NCBI GenBank assembly: GCA_965224705.1 | Contig: OZ245056.1 | Coordinates: forward strand, 2,432,001 to 2,496,000 | Source: Spirochaetaceae bacterium | GTDB taxonomy: Bacteria; Spirochaetota; Spirochaetia; DSM-2461 | DNA length: 64,000 nucleotides | Direction of reading: 5' to 3' | Shown here: piece by piece, positions 1 to 10,785 of the stretch | How the letters are laid out: every line of letters begins with the position of its first letter | Position numbering within the stretch: position 1 is the stretch's first letter | Notes under the pieces: generated by a model | Told to the model about the DNA's origin: nothing | Seen by the model: the letters and a program-made list of their open reading frames with translations, nothing else | Databases searched by the model: none | Translations under genes and position numbers: made by a program

Positions 1-705
1 TCTTCTTCAGCAATACCCCCATTGGCCAGAGGAACACTGGCTTTCTTTGTGTCTATAATCTTCTACTATTTTGCCGGTGCATTGTATGGCCCCCTGCCGG
101 AAACCGGGATTTCCTATGCTTTCGTCATTGTTGCCGAAGTGCTATTAGGAATACTCATGGGTTTGTTCCTGCAAATAATATTTGCAGTTTTCCAGACATC
201 CGGACAGTTGTTTTCCTTCCAGATGGGATTTGGTGCCTCTCAGGTGTACGATCATATGGCTCAGGTTGAGATACCATTAATTGGACAGTATTTTAATTTA
301 ATCGGTCTGGCCGTATTCCTGTCCGTCAGCGGCCTGCAAAAAATCTTCTTATCAGGACTTGCCGCTTCATTCAGGGTTATGAAGGGTACTGATTTTCTTC
401 TTGCCGATGCCTATCTCAGAGATACCCTGATCCGATCTTTCGGGCGGTTGTTTGAACAATCATTGATTCTGGGTTTCCCCATCCTGGGAACACTGATTTT
501 AATATCGGTGACGATGGGATTGCTGGCAAAAGCAGCACCACAGATGAATCTTCTGATCGTGGGGTTCCCCATACAGATAGGTGTCGGATTCACCATCATG
601 ATCATTGTAACCCCATTTATTGTAGAGAAGATGTCTTTACTGATTGATGTAGGTTTTCAAATAATTGCTGACTATCTCCGAATGACGGAAAGGGCTTTGC
701 CATGA
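1..705 (+). CDS. fliR: Flagellar export protein FliR (5' part outside window)
   Basis: Frame open from base 1; hydrophobic; GQLFSFQMGF and KAAPQMNLLIVGFP motifs; directly upstream of flhB. Confidence 0.95.
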   Translation, partial: SSSAIPPLARGTLAFFVSIIFYYFAGALYGPLPETGISYAFVIVAEVLLGILMGLFLQIIFAVFQTSGQLFSFQMGFGASQVYDHMAQVEIPLIGQYFNLIGLAVFLSVSGLQKIFLSGLAASFRVMKGTDFLLADAYLRDTLIRSFGRLFEQSLILGFPILGTLILISVTMGLLAKAAPQMNLLIVGFPIQIGVGFTIMIIVTPFIVEKMSLLIDVGFQIIADYLRMTERALP

Positions 706-1859
706 TGTCGAGCAATTTGCTGCCCTGTAAGAATAGACCGGTGAGATATCCAGCTCTGGGAGATGGCACCGTATTCGATATTCATATTCAATGGTTTGCT
801 GCCGAGGATGAAGGGCGGACTGAGGATCCCACCGAGCACAAAATTCGCAAGGCCAGACAGGAAGGAAATGTTGCAAAGTCCAGCGATATTACGTCAGCTC
901 TTGTTATGATCTTCGGACTCATTGCACTTATTCTCTTCTCCGGAAACATTGTCACTATCATTATTGATATGATGCGTCATTTCATTTCCCTGGCCAATCC
1001 TGAACCGATAAATTCAAACAGAGCCATTATATCATTCGGAAATTACATCTTACGGCTGATTCTACCATTTATGTCTGTCTGTTTCATTGCTGCCTTCCTT
1101 GGAAATATTGTGCAGGTTGGGTTTTTGTTTTCAACAAAACCGGTCACACCCGATTTCAGCCGCATTCAACCAAATCTGGCCAAATGGGCCCAGAAATCGT
1201 TCTTTTCAACAGAGGCCATCTTCAATCTGTTTAAATCAATATTCAAGATGCTGATTATCGGACTGCTGGCTTACTTCAATATCAAATCAGAGATACCTCG
1301 ATTAACGAATTCCATTGGCATGATGCCATTCCGATCTCTCATCCTGGTGTCAGGAATTGCTGTTCGTCTCATGCTGGAAGCCGCCATATTGCTGCTGATA
1401 TTCGCGATTCCGGATTACATGTTTCAGCGGAATAAACACCGTGAATCATTGAAGATGTCCAGACAGGAAGTAAAGGATGAATACAAACGAATGGAAGGTG
1501 ATCCCATGATAAAAAGTCGGTTAAGGCAGCGCATGCAGGAGTTGTTATCGTCCAGCATTGCAAAAACTGTCCCTGAGGCTGATGTTGTTATTACAAACCC
1601 TACCCATTACTCAGTGGCTGTCAAATGGGATAGCGCAACAATGCTCTCACCAAAAGTCACTGCCAAAGGTATAGACGAAGTGGCATTGAGAATTCGAGAA
1701 ATAGCAAAAAAATCTGATGTTCCCATAGTTGAAAATCGTCCGCTGGCCCGGGTTTTATATAGCAATGTGGAAGTTGGGGATGAGATCCCGGAGGAATACT
1801 GGGATATCGTGTCCATTGTCCTGTCAGAAGTCTACAGACTTGCGGGCCGAGTGGTATAG
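702..1859 (+). CDS. flhB: Flagellar export protein FlhB
   Basis: RTEDPTEHK..KARQEG N-terminal motif, EGDP, NPTH autocleavage site. Confidence 0.97.
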   Translation: MMSSNLLPCKNRPVRYPALGDGTVFDIHIQWFAAEDEGRTEDPTEHKIRKARQEGNVAKSSDITSALVMIFGLIALILFSGNIVTIIIDMMRHFISLANPEPINSNRAIISFGNYILRLILPFMSVCFIAAFLGNIVQVGFLFSTKPVTPDFSRIQPNLAKWAQKSFFSTEAIFNLFKSIFKMLIIGLLAYFNIKSEIPRLTNSIGMMPFRSLILVSGIAVRLMLEAAILLLIFAIPDYMFQRNKHRESLKMSRQEVKDEYKRMEGDPMIKSRLRQRMQELLSSSIAKTVPEADVVITNPTHYSVAVKWDSATMLSPKVTAKGIDEVALRIREIAKKSDVPIVENRPLARVLYSNVEVGDEIPEEYWDIVSIVLSEVYRLAGRVV

Positions 1860-1868
1860 GAGTTCGTT

Positions 1869-3956
1869 ATGGCCGATGCAACGGTTACCTCAACAATAAG
1901 AAACATCTTTGGGCAGAAGATGGGTGATGTCTATATTGCCTTCGGTGTCATCTTCATTGTAATGATGCTGATTATTCCCCTGCACACCTTTGTACTTGAC
2001 CTATTAATGGCAATAAACCTGATGCTGTCTTTACTGATTATTCTTCTGGTTTTATATAATAAGGATCCGCTTGAATTCTCGCTGTTCCCGACCATACTGC
2101 TGGTTTCAAGTGTTTTTGGCTTGGCACTCAATGTTTCATCAACACGGTTAATCCTTAGAGATGGCGGACAGTTTAAGGGTCAGATTATCAGAGCTTTTTC
2201 AACATTTGTCGTGGGAACAGACGGGACACAGGGTCTTGTTATTGGTTTTATCATTTTCATCATTCTGGTTGCTGTTCAGTTCATGGTCATCACCAAGGGA
2301 GCTACCCGAGTATCAGAGGTTGCGGCACGATTCGCATTGGATGGACTTCCAGCAAAACAGATGGCTATCGATTCCGAGTACAGTTCTGGAGCTATAACTG
2401 AAGAAGAAACCAGAAAACGTAAGAAACACCTTGATGATACCGTGCAGTTTTACGGCTCCATGGATGGTGCAACAAAATTCATAAGCGGTACTGTCAAAGT
2501 CAGTATTGTAATCACTCTGGTTAATATTGTGGGGGGGTTGACTGTTGGAACAGCGATTCATGGTGAAGCCCTTCAGCAAGCTCTTGTTACATATGTTTCC
2601 CTTACGATAGGGGATGGACTGGTATCACAGATTCCAAATCTCCTGCTTTCCATTGCAACCGGACTGATTGTAACTCGTTCAATCAGTGAAGGGAGTTTTG
2701 GAAGTGATGTTCAGTTTCAGTTCTCAAGACAATCCCGTATTTATTACATTGCCGCCTTCTTCATGACTGCCATGGGCATCCTTCCCGGATTTCCATGGTA
2801 TCTGATGATGCCCCTTGCTGGAATTACAGGATTTCTGGCCTGGCATCTCAGCCGAAAAAAAGAATCGGAGAAAGTGGATCTGGAGGCGGAGAGAAATGCT
2901 GAGGCAGAATCCCTGGAGATCTCGCCAGTTGTCCCCCTTGATCCTATTTCCCTTGAATTGGGATTCGGTTTAATTCCATTGGTTGACAAGGATCAGGGTG
3001 CTGAGCTGCTGGCCAGAGTAACCAGGATACGTAAAGAGGCTGCATTGGATCTTGGTCTGGTTGTTCCCCGGATCAGGATTATGGATAATATGCGCCTGGA
3101 ACCATCGGAGTATGCGATAAAGCTGCGTGGAGTTGAAGTCGGCCGGGGAGCCATTCTCATGGGGCACCTGATGGCTATAAATCCCGGAGGTGAGCGTGAA
3201 GAATTGGAAGGAAAGGATACAAAGGAGCCCGCATTCGGTCTGCCTGCAAAGTGGATTAATGAATCCAGCAGAGAACAGGCTGAACGAGCCGGGTATACTG
3301 TTGTGGACGGCCCATCAATAGTTGCGACTCATCTGACGGAGATCCTCAAGCAGCATGCCGGAGAAATTCTGGGACGCCAGGAGATTCGAGCCATGCTGGA
3401 TACTTTGAGGAATGATTATCCTGCTGTTGTGGATGAAGTCACTAAAAACTTCTCTCTGGGTGAAATGCAGAAAGTGCTTCAGGGACTACTCAACGAGCAG
3501 GTGAGTATACGGAATCTTGTTGCTATTTTTGAAACACTTGTAGATTACTCGTCAGTATCCAAAGAAACAGGGTTCTTAATCGAGAAAACCAGACAGGCTC
3601 TTGGCCGCCAGATTTGCCTGCACTATGCTGATGACAATAAAAATCTCCAGGTTTTAACCATAGCACCGGATGTGGAAAAAACCATACTGGATTCAAGAAC
3701 GGAAACACCCACAGGCGAAATCGCTGCTCTTGATCAGGCATTTCACCAACGCTGGATTAACAGTGTCATCAATACGGTTAAAAAGGCTCGAGATAATGGG
3801 AAATGGCCTGTAATCCTTTGTTCTGATGTTACCAGACCCCTGGTTCGTTCCACAGTGGTCAGGGCCATGCCCGATCTGGTTATTCTTTCAGCTTCAGAAA
3901 TTGCCGATGGAATTCAGTTAGAATCACTTGGTGAAATACCGTCAGGAGAAATATGA
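1869..3956 (+). CDS. flhA: Flagellar export gate protein FlhA
   Basis: FHIPEP motifs RVSEVAARFALDGLPAKQMAID and FYGSMDGATKF. Confidence 0.98.
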   Translation: MADATVTSTIRNIFGQKMGDVYIAFGVIFIVMMLIIPLHTFVLDLLMAINLMLSLLIILLVLYNKDPLEFSLFPTILLVSSVFGLALNVSSTRLILRDGGQFKGQIIRAFSTFVVGTDGTQGLVIGFIIFIILVAVQFMVITKGATRVSEVAARFALDGLPAKQMAIDSEYSSGAITEEETRKRKKHLDDTVQFYGSMDGATKFISGTVKVSIVITLVNIVGGLTVGTAIHGEALQQALVTYVSLTIGDGLVSQIPNLLLSIATGLIVTRSISEGSFGSDVQFQFSRQSRIYYIAAFFMTAMGILPGFPWYLMMPLAGITGFLAWHLSRKKESEKVDLEAERNAEAESLEISPVVPLDPISLELGFGLIPLVDKDQGAELLARVTRIRKEAALDLGLVVPRIRIMDNMRLEPSEYAIKLRGVEVGRGAILMGHLMAINPGGEREELEGKDTKEPAFGLPAKWINESSREQAERAGYTVVDGPSIVATHLTEILKQHAGEILGRQEIRAMLDTLRNDYPAVVDEVTKNFSLGEMQKVLQGLLNEQVSIRNLVAIFETLVDYSSVSKETGFLIEKTRQALGRQICLHYADDNKNLQVLTIAPDVEKTILDSRTETPTGEIAALDQAFHQRWINSVINTVKKARDNGKWPVILCSDVTRPLVRSTVVRAMPDLVILSASEIADGIQLESLGEIPSGEI

Positions 3957-5197
3957 TGCAGAAGTATTTTGAAGAACGTGGACGTAATTATGATGAAATC
4001 ATGGAAAGACTTCGAAGAAAATACGGTGAGAATTTCCGCATTCAGGGCAGGAGGGATGTTCCGGCTTCTGGAATACCAGGATTATTTGGTCGAATGGATG
4101 TCGAATTCTTTGGATACATTATTACAAAAGCAGAAGCCAGACAGGCGCAGAGAAATAAAGATCTGGAAAACAGAGCAGAAATACTGTCATTGGTCGGTGC
4201 GAATGTTCCGGCTGTCAACGTTGAAAACGATGGAGGAAGAGTTGATCCAGAGCCTCCAGAGATGATGACTCGGGTCCTTGAAGAAATTCAAAGTCTTAAA
4301 GGGCAGCTGGCTGTAGGAGCATCAGCAATGCCTCCGAAACCTTATGCTGTTTTAACAGAACTGTCAGATATCCTTAAGGAAAATGAATTTGAACCATCAT
4401 GGATTGACTCCATTATGAACAGGCTGAGATGCAGTCTGACAGCTGACCAGCTGGATAATAGACAGGTAGTTCATGATTCAGTGGCAGGACATATTATTGA
4501 ATCTATCTCATTTATGCCGCCGGAAAAGAAGCAAAGATCACGAATTACAATACTCGTCGGACCCACAGGAGTTGGTAAAACAACAACTATCGCTAAATTG
4601 GCAGCGCAGAGTTTTCTAACAGGAGCAGTAAGCAATGTCCGAATTATAACAGTGGACAGCTATCGTATAGGTGCCCGCGAACAAATGATACAATATGGAG
4701 ACATAATGGAGATTCCTGTTATTGCGGTTAATGAACCTCAACAGCTTGAACAGGAAATTGAATCATCATCTGACTCGGATCTGATACTTATTGATACCTT
4801 TGGGAGCAGTCCTCATGATAAGAATAAGATTGATGAAATGATGAAACTGCTCTCAGTCTGCGGGACAGACGCATCCATACAATTAGTGTTGAGTGCTACA
4901 ACAACAACATCGAACCTGAGAGAGCTCTTATCTCATTTTCGATTCTATGGATATGACTCGATTATAATCACAAAGCTGGATGAAACATCCCGAATAGGCA
5001 GCTTGATAAGTGGATTGACGGGAATTTCGGCCGAATTGAGTTATTTTACTGACGGACAGGGTGTTCCGCTGGATATTGCCGCTGCCCAGCCTTCACGGTT
5101 ACTCGGATATGTGAAAGGGCTTGATTACTCACCTGATATCCTGGAGGCATTGAACACCTCTGTCAATCATTCAGAACGTGGAGTCAATTATGCATGA
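3953..5197 (+). CDS. flhF: SRP-type GTPase FlhF
   Basis: GPTGVGKTTTIAKLA P-loop, DSYRIGA, TKLDET; position after flhA. Confidence 0.95.
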   Translation: MMQKYFEERGRNYDEIMERLRRKYGENFRIQGRRDVPASGIPGLFGRMDVEFFGYIITKAEARQAQRNKDLENRAEILSLVGANVPAVNVENDGGRVDPEPPEMMTRVLEEIQSLKGQLAVGASAMPPKPYAVLTELSDILKENEFEPSWIDSIMNRLRCSLTADQLDNRQVVHDSVAGHIIESISFMPPEKKQRSRITILVGPTGVGKTTTIAKLAAQSFLTGAVSNVRIITVDSYRIGAREQMIQYGDIMEIPVIAVNEPQQLEQEIESSSDSDLILIDTFGSSPHDKNKIDEMMKLLSVCGTDASIQLVLSATTTTSNLRELLSHFRFYGYDSIIITKLDETSRIGSLISGLTGISAELSYFTDGQGVPLDIAAAQPSRLLGYVKGLDYSPDILEALNTSVNHSERGVNYA

Positions 5198-6047
5198 TCA
5201 GGCTGAGAAGCTCAGGGAAATAGTTCGATCCAAAAATGACAGTAAAACCCGGATTATTACTGTTACAAGCGGAAAAGGTGGAGTCGGTAAGACCAATCTG
5301 TCTATAAACCTGGCCATCACATATGCAAAGGCAGGCAAGAAGGTGCTGGTTCTTGATGCGGATCTGGGATTGGCGAATGTCAATGTCAATCTTGGAATTA
5401 TACCACGGTTTAACCTTTATCATGTTATTCGCAAACAAAAGACAATGAAAGAAATCATAGTGGACACAGAATATGGTATCCAGATCGTTGCCGGTGCTTC
5501 TGGATTCAGTCGAATAGCAAATCTTCTGGATGAGGAACGTCAGAATTTTGTTAAAGAATTAACCTCTCTTTCCGAAGCCGAAATCATCATAATTGACACA
5601 AGCGCAGGGGTGAGTGCCAATGTTCTGGCCTTCGTTGAAGCGGCAGATGAAACTCTGGTTGTAACCACACCGGAACCACCGGCAATTACCGATGCATATG
5701 GTATAATAAAAATCATTTCAACTGAAATAGATGACCTGGATATGAATCTGAAACTGATAGTTAATCGAGTATCCACTGTCACGGAGGCCAAAAAAGTTGC
5801 CCAGAGGGTTATCGATATCACAGGGCAGTTTCTTAATATCAAAGTGGATTATCTTGGATTTGTATATGATGATCAGGCCGTTTCAAATGCTGTCCGCCGA
5901 CAGCAGCCTTTTACGATCATTGATCCGCAATGCAGAGCATCTCAGTGTATGCAGTTTATAATAAGCCGATTGGAGAAAGTTGAATATCATGAAGGAAAGG
6001 GTGTATCTCAATTCCTTAAAAAACTTTTCAAACGTATGGATAGTTGA
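5190..6047 (+). CDS. flhG: MinD-like ATPase FlhG/FleN
   Basis: DQAEKLR N-terminus, SGKGGVGKTN, DADLGLAN; ATG at 5190 preferred over 5178. Confidence 0.93.
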   Translation: MHDQAEKLREIVRSKNDSKTRIITVTSGKGGVGKTNLSINLAITYAKAGKKVLVLDADLGLANVNVNLGIIPRFNLYHVIRKQKTMKEIIVDTEYGIQIVAGASGFSRIANLLDEERQNFVKELTSLSEAEIIIIDTSAGVSANVLAFVEAADETLVVTTPEPPAITDAYGIIKIISTEIDDLDMNLKLIVNRVSTVTEAKKVAQRVIDITGQFLNIKVDYLGFVYDDQAVSNAVRRQQPFTIIDPQCRASQCMQFIISRLEKVEYHEGKGVSQFLKKLFKRMDS

Positions 6048-6093
6048 CGGTGTTCCAGAGGTTCAATATCCTTGAATTGTTATTAATGGAGAA

Positions 6094-6663
6094 TTGAGTG
6101 AAAACAGTAATATTGGAACTGGGTCGAAAACAGTTATTGAGACAGACCCTCTGTCGAATTCAGTTTCACGAAAGGAAGACTGTCTTTTGAATGATTTGAT
6201 TCACTGGAAATTTGTCGCAGCAGTAGACATTCTGGCATTTGTAGTATTACTTATAAGTGGTATCCTGGGAGGAGTGAGTTTCTGGGCATTGGTAGTCAGA
6301 GCCTTGATCGCTATTGTTCTGTTTGCAGTATTTGCTGTTGGTATCAATATACTCGTCGTGAAGATGTACCCTGAATTGCTGACGATTATGACATCGGATC
6401 CTGATGGCTCTGCGGAAACAGGAGCAGTGGTTGATATTATGTCGGATGCTGGTGAGCATACAATATCACAACCCTTTCAGGATGAGAGTGAATCATACGA
6501 ATCAGTGAATACTGAGGGAGATGCTGGCCTGGAGACAGACGGTGCTTCCAGAAAACCGGGCAGTAAATCGCAATCACTGGCAGAATCCTTCAGTAATGAA
6601 CATTCGCCAGCCCTGATGGCAAAGGCTATTCGATCTGTTATTGTAAAGGATGAGAAAGGTTAA
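6094..6663 (+). CDS. Hypothetical membrane protein in the flagellar operon
   Basis: Two hydrophobic segments and an acidic tail; fills the flhG-fliA gap; start uncertain. Confidence 0.7.
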   Translation: MSENSNIGTGSKTVIETDPLSNSVSRKEDCLLNDLIHWKFVAAVDILAFVVLLISGILGGVSFWALVVRALIAIVLFAVFAVGINILVVKMYPELLTIMTSDPDGSAETGAVVDIMSDAGEHTISQPFQDESESYESVNTEGDAGLETDGASRKPGSKSQSLAESFSNEHSPALMAKAIRSVIVKDEKG

Positions 6664-6666
6664 TTC

Positions 6667-7461
6667 ATGCTTGATGACGAAATTCAGATAGCCGGCATAC
6701 CAGAAAAAGATTTGTGGAGAGAGTACCGGGCAACAGGAGATCAGAGTATACGGGATACCATTGTCAAGCAGTATGCTCCATTGGTTAAATATGTTGCGGG
6801 AAAGATTTCTATTGGAATGCCGCAGAATGTCGATTTTGAAGACCTGGTAGGATTCGGCATATTTGGACTCTTTGATGCTATTGAGAAGTTTGATGTTGAC
6901 AAGCATATTAAATTCAAGACCTACGCAGTAACAAGAATACGAGGCGCAATATTTGATGAACTTCGTTCAATTGACTGGGTTCCTCGATCTGTTCGCCAGA
7001 AAACTCGTGAAATTGATGAGACAACACAGGAGTTGGAAGCCCGGATTGGCCGCTCAGCCACTCATGAAGAAGTCGCCAACGAAATGGGTGTCAATATTGA
7101 GCAATACAATCAAATAATGCTCAAAGTCAATAGTTCCTCTTTGATGTCGCTCAACGATATCTGGTATTCAGGTGATGATAATGATAAGGTTCCCATTGCC
7201 GACAACATTGAGTCTGTGAGTTCGTTTCGTCCGGATACAATTGCTGAGAAGAATGATTTAAGACGTGTCATTATTGAAGCAATAAACGAATTGCCGGAGA
7301 AAGAAAAGAAAGTTCTGGTCCTCTACTACTATGAAGATCTTACCCTCAAAGAGATAGGAAAAGTCCTGGGAGTGACTGAGTCAAGAATTTCACAGCTGCA
7401 CACCAAGGCTGTCAGCCGTCTCCAGACAAAGCTTACAAACATCAAAAAAGGCATTTTCTGA
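6667..7461 (+). CDS. fliA: RNA polymerase sigma-28 factor (FliA/WhiG)
   Basis: FKTYAVTRIRGAIFDELRSIDWVPRSVR and region 4 LTLKEIGKVLGVTESRISQLH. Confidence 0.97.
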   Translation: MLDDEIQIAGIPEKDLWREYRATGDQSIRDTIVKQYAPLVKYVAGKISIGMPQNVDFEDLVGFGIFGLFDAIEKFDVDKHIKFKTYAVTRIRGAIFDELRSIDWVPRSVRQKTREIDETTQELEARIGRSATHEEVANEMGVNIEQYNQIMLKVNSSSLMSLNDIWYSGDDNDKVPIADNIESVSSFRPDTIAEKNDLRRVIIEAINELPEKEKKVLVLYYYEDLTLKEIGKVLGVTESRISQLHTKAVSRLQTKLTNIKKGIF

Positions 7462-9428
7462 TGTCACTCAGCCTTGAAGATTTCCGGTCAAGGATGCGTA
7501 CTGAATCAGAAAAAACCAGGAAAATAGTGAGTGTCCAGGTTTCTGGATTCAATCTGGAAGATGCATTGAAGCAGGCCTCATTGGAACTGACACTTCCCCT
7601 TCGAAGTCTGGATTATGAAGTTCTTGAACGCGGCAGAAGAGGATTTCTGGGATTTAAGCGTACTCCATGCCGCATTATAGCCTATGAGGCCCATAAGACC
7701 AAAGCGAAAACACAGAATATGGATTCCGACTCGGAGAGAATCATTGGAATGGATAAGAGTGATTCGCTGCAGGATAATGCTAACCAGGATGGCCGCATTG
7801 CTTTGCGCCTTGCATCGGAAGGCGCATTGGTGAAGGTTTTCCCTCCCAGAGGAACCGGTGTACCTGCAACTATGGAAGAATGTATTGGTAAACTTCAATC
7901 CAGAGGTGTAACAGATATTACCATGCCTCTTCTATCATCAGTCGTAGAAAAAGCAGATCAAATCTGGGTCAAATGCGGTGATTTCGAATATGTACCTGAG
8001 TACAGTGCCATCCCGTCACTTAATATTCTGGAAAATGGAATGAAAGCTTTTCTGACTATCCAGAAGCCAGGTATTGGAGGAACGGATCTATCTGCCGAAG
8101 ACATAAAGGGATTCATGTACAGTCACAGCATTATTCATGGAATTCGTGAAGATGTGATTCAGGAATTGGAAGATTTCCCTCAGTATGGACTTGCATTCTC
8201 AGTGGCTGAGGGAACACCTCCAGTGCATGGATCAGATGCAGAGATCATATATGAATTCGAAACTAAACCCAAACGTATTAATATGGAAGAACAGGATGGT
8301 ACCGTTGATTTTAAAGCAATGAAACTCGTGCACAATGTTGTAGAAGGTCAGGTTCTTGCCAGAAAAATTCCTGCCGAAAATGGAACTGATGGTCAGAACA
8401 TATATGGAATCCACATGCCGGCAAGAGATGGCCGTGATCTGGAATTCGCAACCGGAAAGAATGTTGCTGTTGTCGACGCAGGCTCTACAGTGAAATCGAC
8501 AGTGAATGGTCATGTACTCCTTAAATCTGGAGTGATAAGTGTTGAAACAATACTCATAATACCAGATAACGTTGATATGAAAACAGGTAACATCGATGTT
8601 CTGGGATCCGTGGATATTAGAGGAAACGTGGAAGATGGTTATTCTGTCAATGCCCAGGGAAATATCACAGTATCAGGCTATGTCAGCAAGGCCAATCTCA
8701 CTGCTGGCGGTGACATCCTGGTCTCTCGAGGTATCAATGGAGGAGAAGGTGATGAGTTTGGGCACATTACTGCGGGAAAGAGTCTCTGGTCTACATTTAT
8801 TCAGAATGCTGAAGTTGAATCAGGGGAGTTTGTAATAGTCAGCTCTGGGATTGTTAATTCAAGTATTGTTGCCCAGAGAAAAGTCCTTTGCAAGGGAAAA
8901 AGAGCACGAATTGTCGGCAGCCATGTTAAAACTTCTGAAGAAGTCAATGCGGTTACACTGGGATCTGTCAGTGGAGTAAAAACCATTATTGAGGTTGGCT
9001 TTGATCCAAAAGTAAAGGAGGAAGTCGATAGATTGACAAAGGAAAGAACTCAACTGGAGGAGCAGCGTTTAAAAATTCACCTGAGCCTCCAGAGAATCCT
9101 GCGCAAGGTCAAAGTTAAGAAATACCGACTTACCGATGAGAAAAAAGCAATATTCGCGGATTTGAAAGCTCAATTCAACTCCCTCCAGTCACAAATCGAA
9201 GCAATAAGCGAAGAAATAAAACAACGTCAGGACTACCTGGATGCTCTTGTGCTGAAAGGGAAGATTTCCGCATCAAACAAAGTACAGGCCGGTGTTATTC
9301 TGCGAATTAAAGATATTGAATATGCAGTTCGAGATGCCTATACGAACCCCGTCACTTTTTTACGTGAGAAGGATTACATACGGACGATAAAATATCAGGC
9401 TATAGAGGATGACATAACCAGGAGTTAA
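7461..9428 (+). CDS. FapA/DUF342 family protein with N-terminal Jag_N-like domain
   Basis: LDYEVLERGRRGFLGF (Jag_N-like), GTVDFK, VDMKTGNI...GSVDIRGNV; typical position after fliA. Confidence 0.85.
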   Translation: MSLSLEDFRSRMRTESEKTRKIVSVQVSGFNLEDALKQASLELTLPLRSLDYEVLERGRRGFLGFKRTPCRIIAYEAHKTKAKTQNMDSDSERIIGMDKSDSLQDNANQDGRIALRLASEGALVKVFPPRGTGVPATMEECIGKLQSRGVTDITMPLLSSVVEKADQIWVKCGDFEYVPEYSAIPSLNILENGMKAFLTIQKPGIGGTDLSAEDIKGFMYSHSIIHGIREDVIQELEDFPQYGLAFSVAEGTPPVHGSDAEIIYEFETKPKRINMEEQDGTVDFKAMKLVHNVVEGQVLARKIPAENGTDGQNIYGIHMPARDGRDLEFATGKNVAVVDAGSTVKSTVNGHVLLKSGVISVETILIIPDNVDMKTGNIDVLGSVDIRGNVEDGYSVNAQGNITVSGYVSKANLTAGGDILVSRGINGGEGDEFGHITAGKSLWSTFIQNAEVESGEFVIVSSGIVNSSIVAQRKVLCKGKRARIVGSHVKTSEEVNAVTLGSVSGVKTIIEVGFDPKVKEEVDRLTKERTQLEEQRLKIHLSLQRILRKVKVKKYRLTDEKKAIFADLKAQFNSLQSQIEAISEEIKQRQDYLDALVLKGKISASNKVQAGVILRIKDIEYAVRDAYTNPVTFLREKDYIRTIKYQAIEDDITRS

Positions 9429-9432
9429 TACT

Positions 9433-9759
9433 ATGAGTATTAAACCCATTGACCTGCAGTCTTTGTTTGCCAAAATGGATGAGGTAAGCAGAGAGCAGGC
9501 CTATGCCAAAGAGCATTCAACTCTCCAACAATCTCATGCGGCCAGAACACAGGTAGCCAGAGAGCTTGAAGAGGATAGACGGGTTACAGAGTCTTCAGGG
9601 GATGAAGGACTGGATAAAATCAAGGATGATGAGTCCAGTAAACAAAATGCTGATTATAAACGAAATGGCAGCGAAGGAAAGAATACGTCTGGAGATAAAA
9701 AAGGCCGTACCATAATTAAGGATCAGGATGTGGGTCAGCACATTGATCTGGAAGGGTAG
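9433..9759 (+). CDS. Hypothetical protein
   Basis: MSIKPIDLQ...GQHIDL pattern as in small proteins downstream of fapA; RBS AGGAG. Confidence 0.75.
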   Translation: MSIKPIDLQSLFAKMDEVSREQAYAKEHSTLQQSHAARTQVARELEEDRRVTESSGDEGLDKIKDDESSKQNADYKRNGSEGKNTSGDKKGRTIIKDQDVGQHIDLEG

Positions 9760-9762
9760 TCC

Positions 9763-10263
9763 ATGCAGGTTCTGACATTGGCTGCTTCATCTCTCATTGC
9801 CGGTATGACAAGTTTGATATTCATTTTATGGTGGAATAAGCGCATAAAGGATAAAGCCGGTACTCAGAAAGCAGTCAATCGGCTGCAGTCTGAGATTGGA
9901 GAACTTATTACCGAGATTAACAGTACAACTGAACGCAGTATTGCATTGTTGGAGAACAAAATATCATCTTTGAACGCCTTGATTGACAGAGCAGGCAGAA
10001 TTCAAAAGGTTCTGACAATAGAAAAAGAAAGAAATGAATCAGCTGACCGTATATACACTGAACTGGGCAGGAGTAAGTCACTTCCGATAGTTCCTCCCGA
10101 CCAATCCCAGGGCTCCAGAACAAATTTTGACTCTTTATCCGATCGGAACAAGGTTCTTTTCCTCCGCCGTCAGGGTGATACCATCGATTCCATTACAAAG
10201 TCACTGGCAATGAGTCGGGGTGAGGTGGAATTGATCATTGCTCTCTACGACGGTAATTCCTGA
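9763..10263 (+). CDS. Membrane-anchored coiled-coil protein with C-terminal HTH-like end
   Basis: N-terminal TM helix, coiled coil, ITKSLAMSRGEVELII C-terminus. Confidence 0.75.
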   Translation: MQVLTLAASSLIAGMTSLIFILWWNKRIKDKAGTQKAVNRLQSEIGELITEINSTTERSIALLENKISSLNALIDRAGRIQKVLTIEKERNESADRIYTELGRSKSLPIVPPDQSQGSRTNFDSLSDRNKVLFLRRQGDTIDSITKSLAMSRGEVELIIALYDGNS

Positions 10264-10287
10264 CACGATGAAGATGTCCATTGCTTT

Positions 10288-10785
10288 TCAGGCCGTCGAT
10301 TCTGTCCCCCGGCTCATGACTACCTTGCCCGTGCGGACCAGTTCCATTATGCCGAATGGTTTCATCATCTGCTGAAAGGCATCCACTTTTGTTGTTTGTC
10401 CGGTTATCTGGAATGTCATGGTTTCATCGCTGATATCCACAGCCTGACTGCGAAAGGTATCAGCAATCTGGAGGATTTGAGTCCGTATTTCTGGACGGCA
10501 GGTAACTTTAACCAATGCGAGTTCCCGCTGCACAACATTGTCTGCGACGTGATCGACGGCATGGATAACATCAACAAGACGGTTGAGCTGAGCAAGCATT
10601 AGAGTCAGTGTTCGTTCATCGCCGGTTGCTTCAATATTCATTCGGGAGAATTGGGCAGATTGACCCTGGGATACAACGAGACTGTCGATGTTGTAGCCGC
10701 GTCTGGCAAAAACCAATGCAATCCGGGTAAGCACACCTGGCTTATTGCTTACCAGAAGGCTGATCGTGTGCTTCATTGTATTCAT
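10288..10785 (-). CDS. ilvN: Acetolactate synthase small subunit
   Basis: HTISLLVSNKPGVLTRIALVFARRGYNIDSL ACT domain; ELVRTG. Confidence 0.96.
   Translation of the reverse strand: MNTMKHTISLLVSNKPGVLTRIALVFARRGYNIDSLVVSQGQSAQFSRMNIEATGDERTLTLMLAQLNRLVDVIHAVDHVADNVVQRELALVKVTCRPEIRTQILQIADTFRSQAVDISDETMTFQITGQTTKVDAFQQMMKPFGIMELVRTGKVVMSRGTESTA

Noticed and set aside
1..10263. Flagellar gene cluster as a novelty
   Set aside because: Order and content are ordinary for spirochaetes
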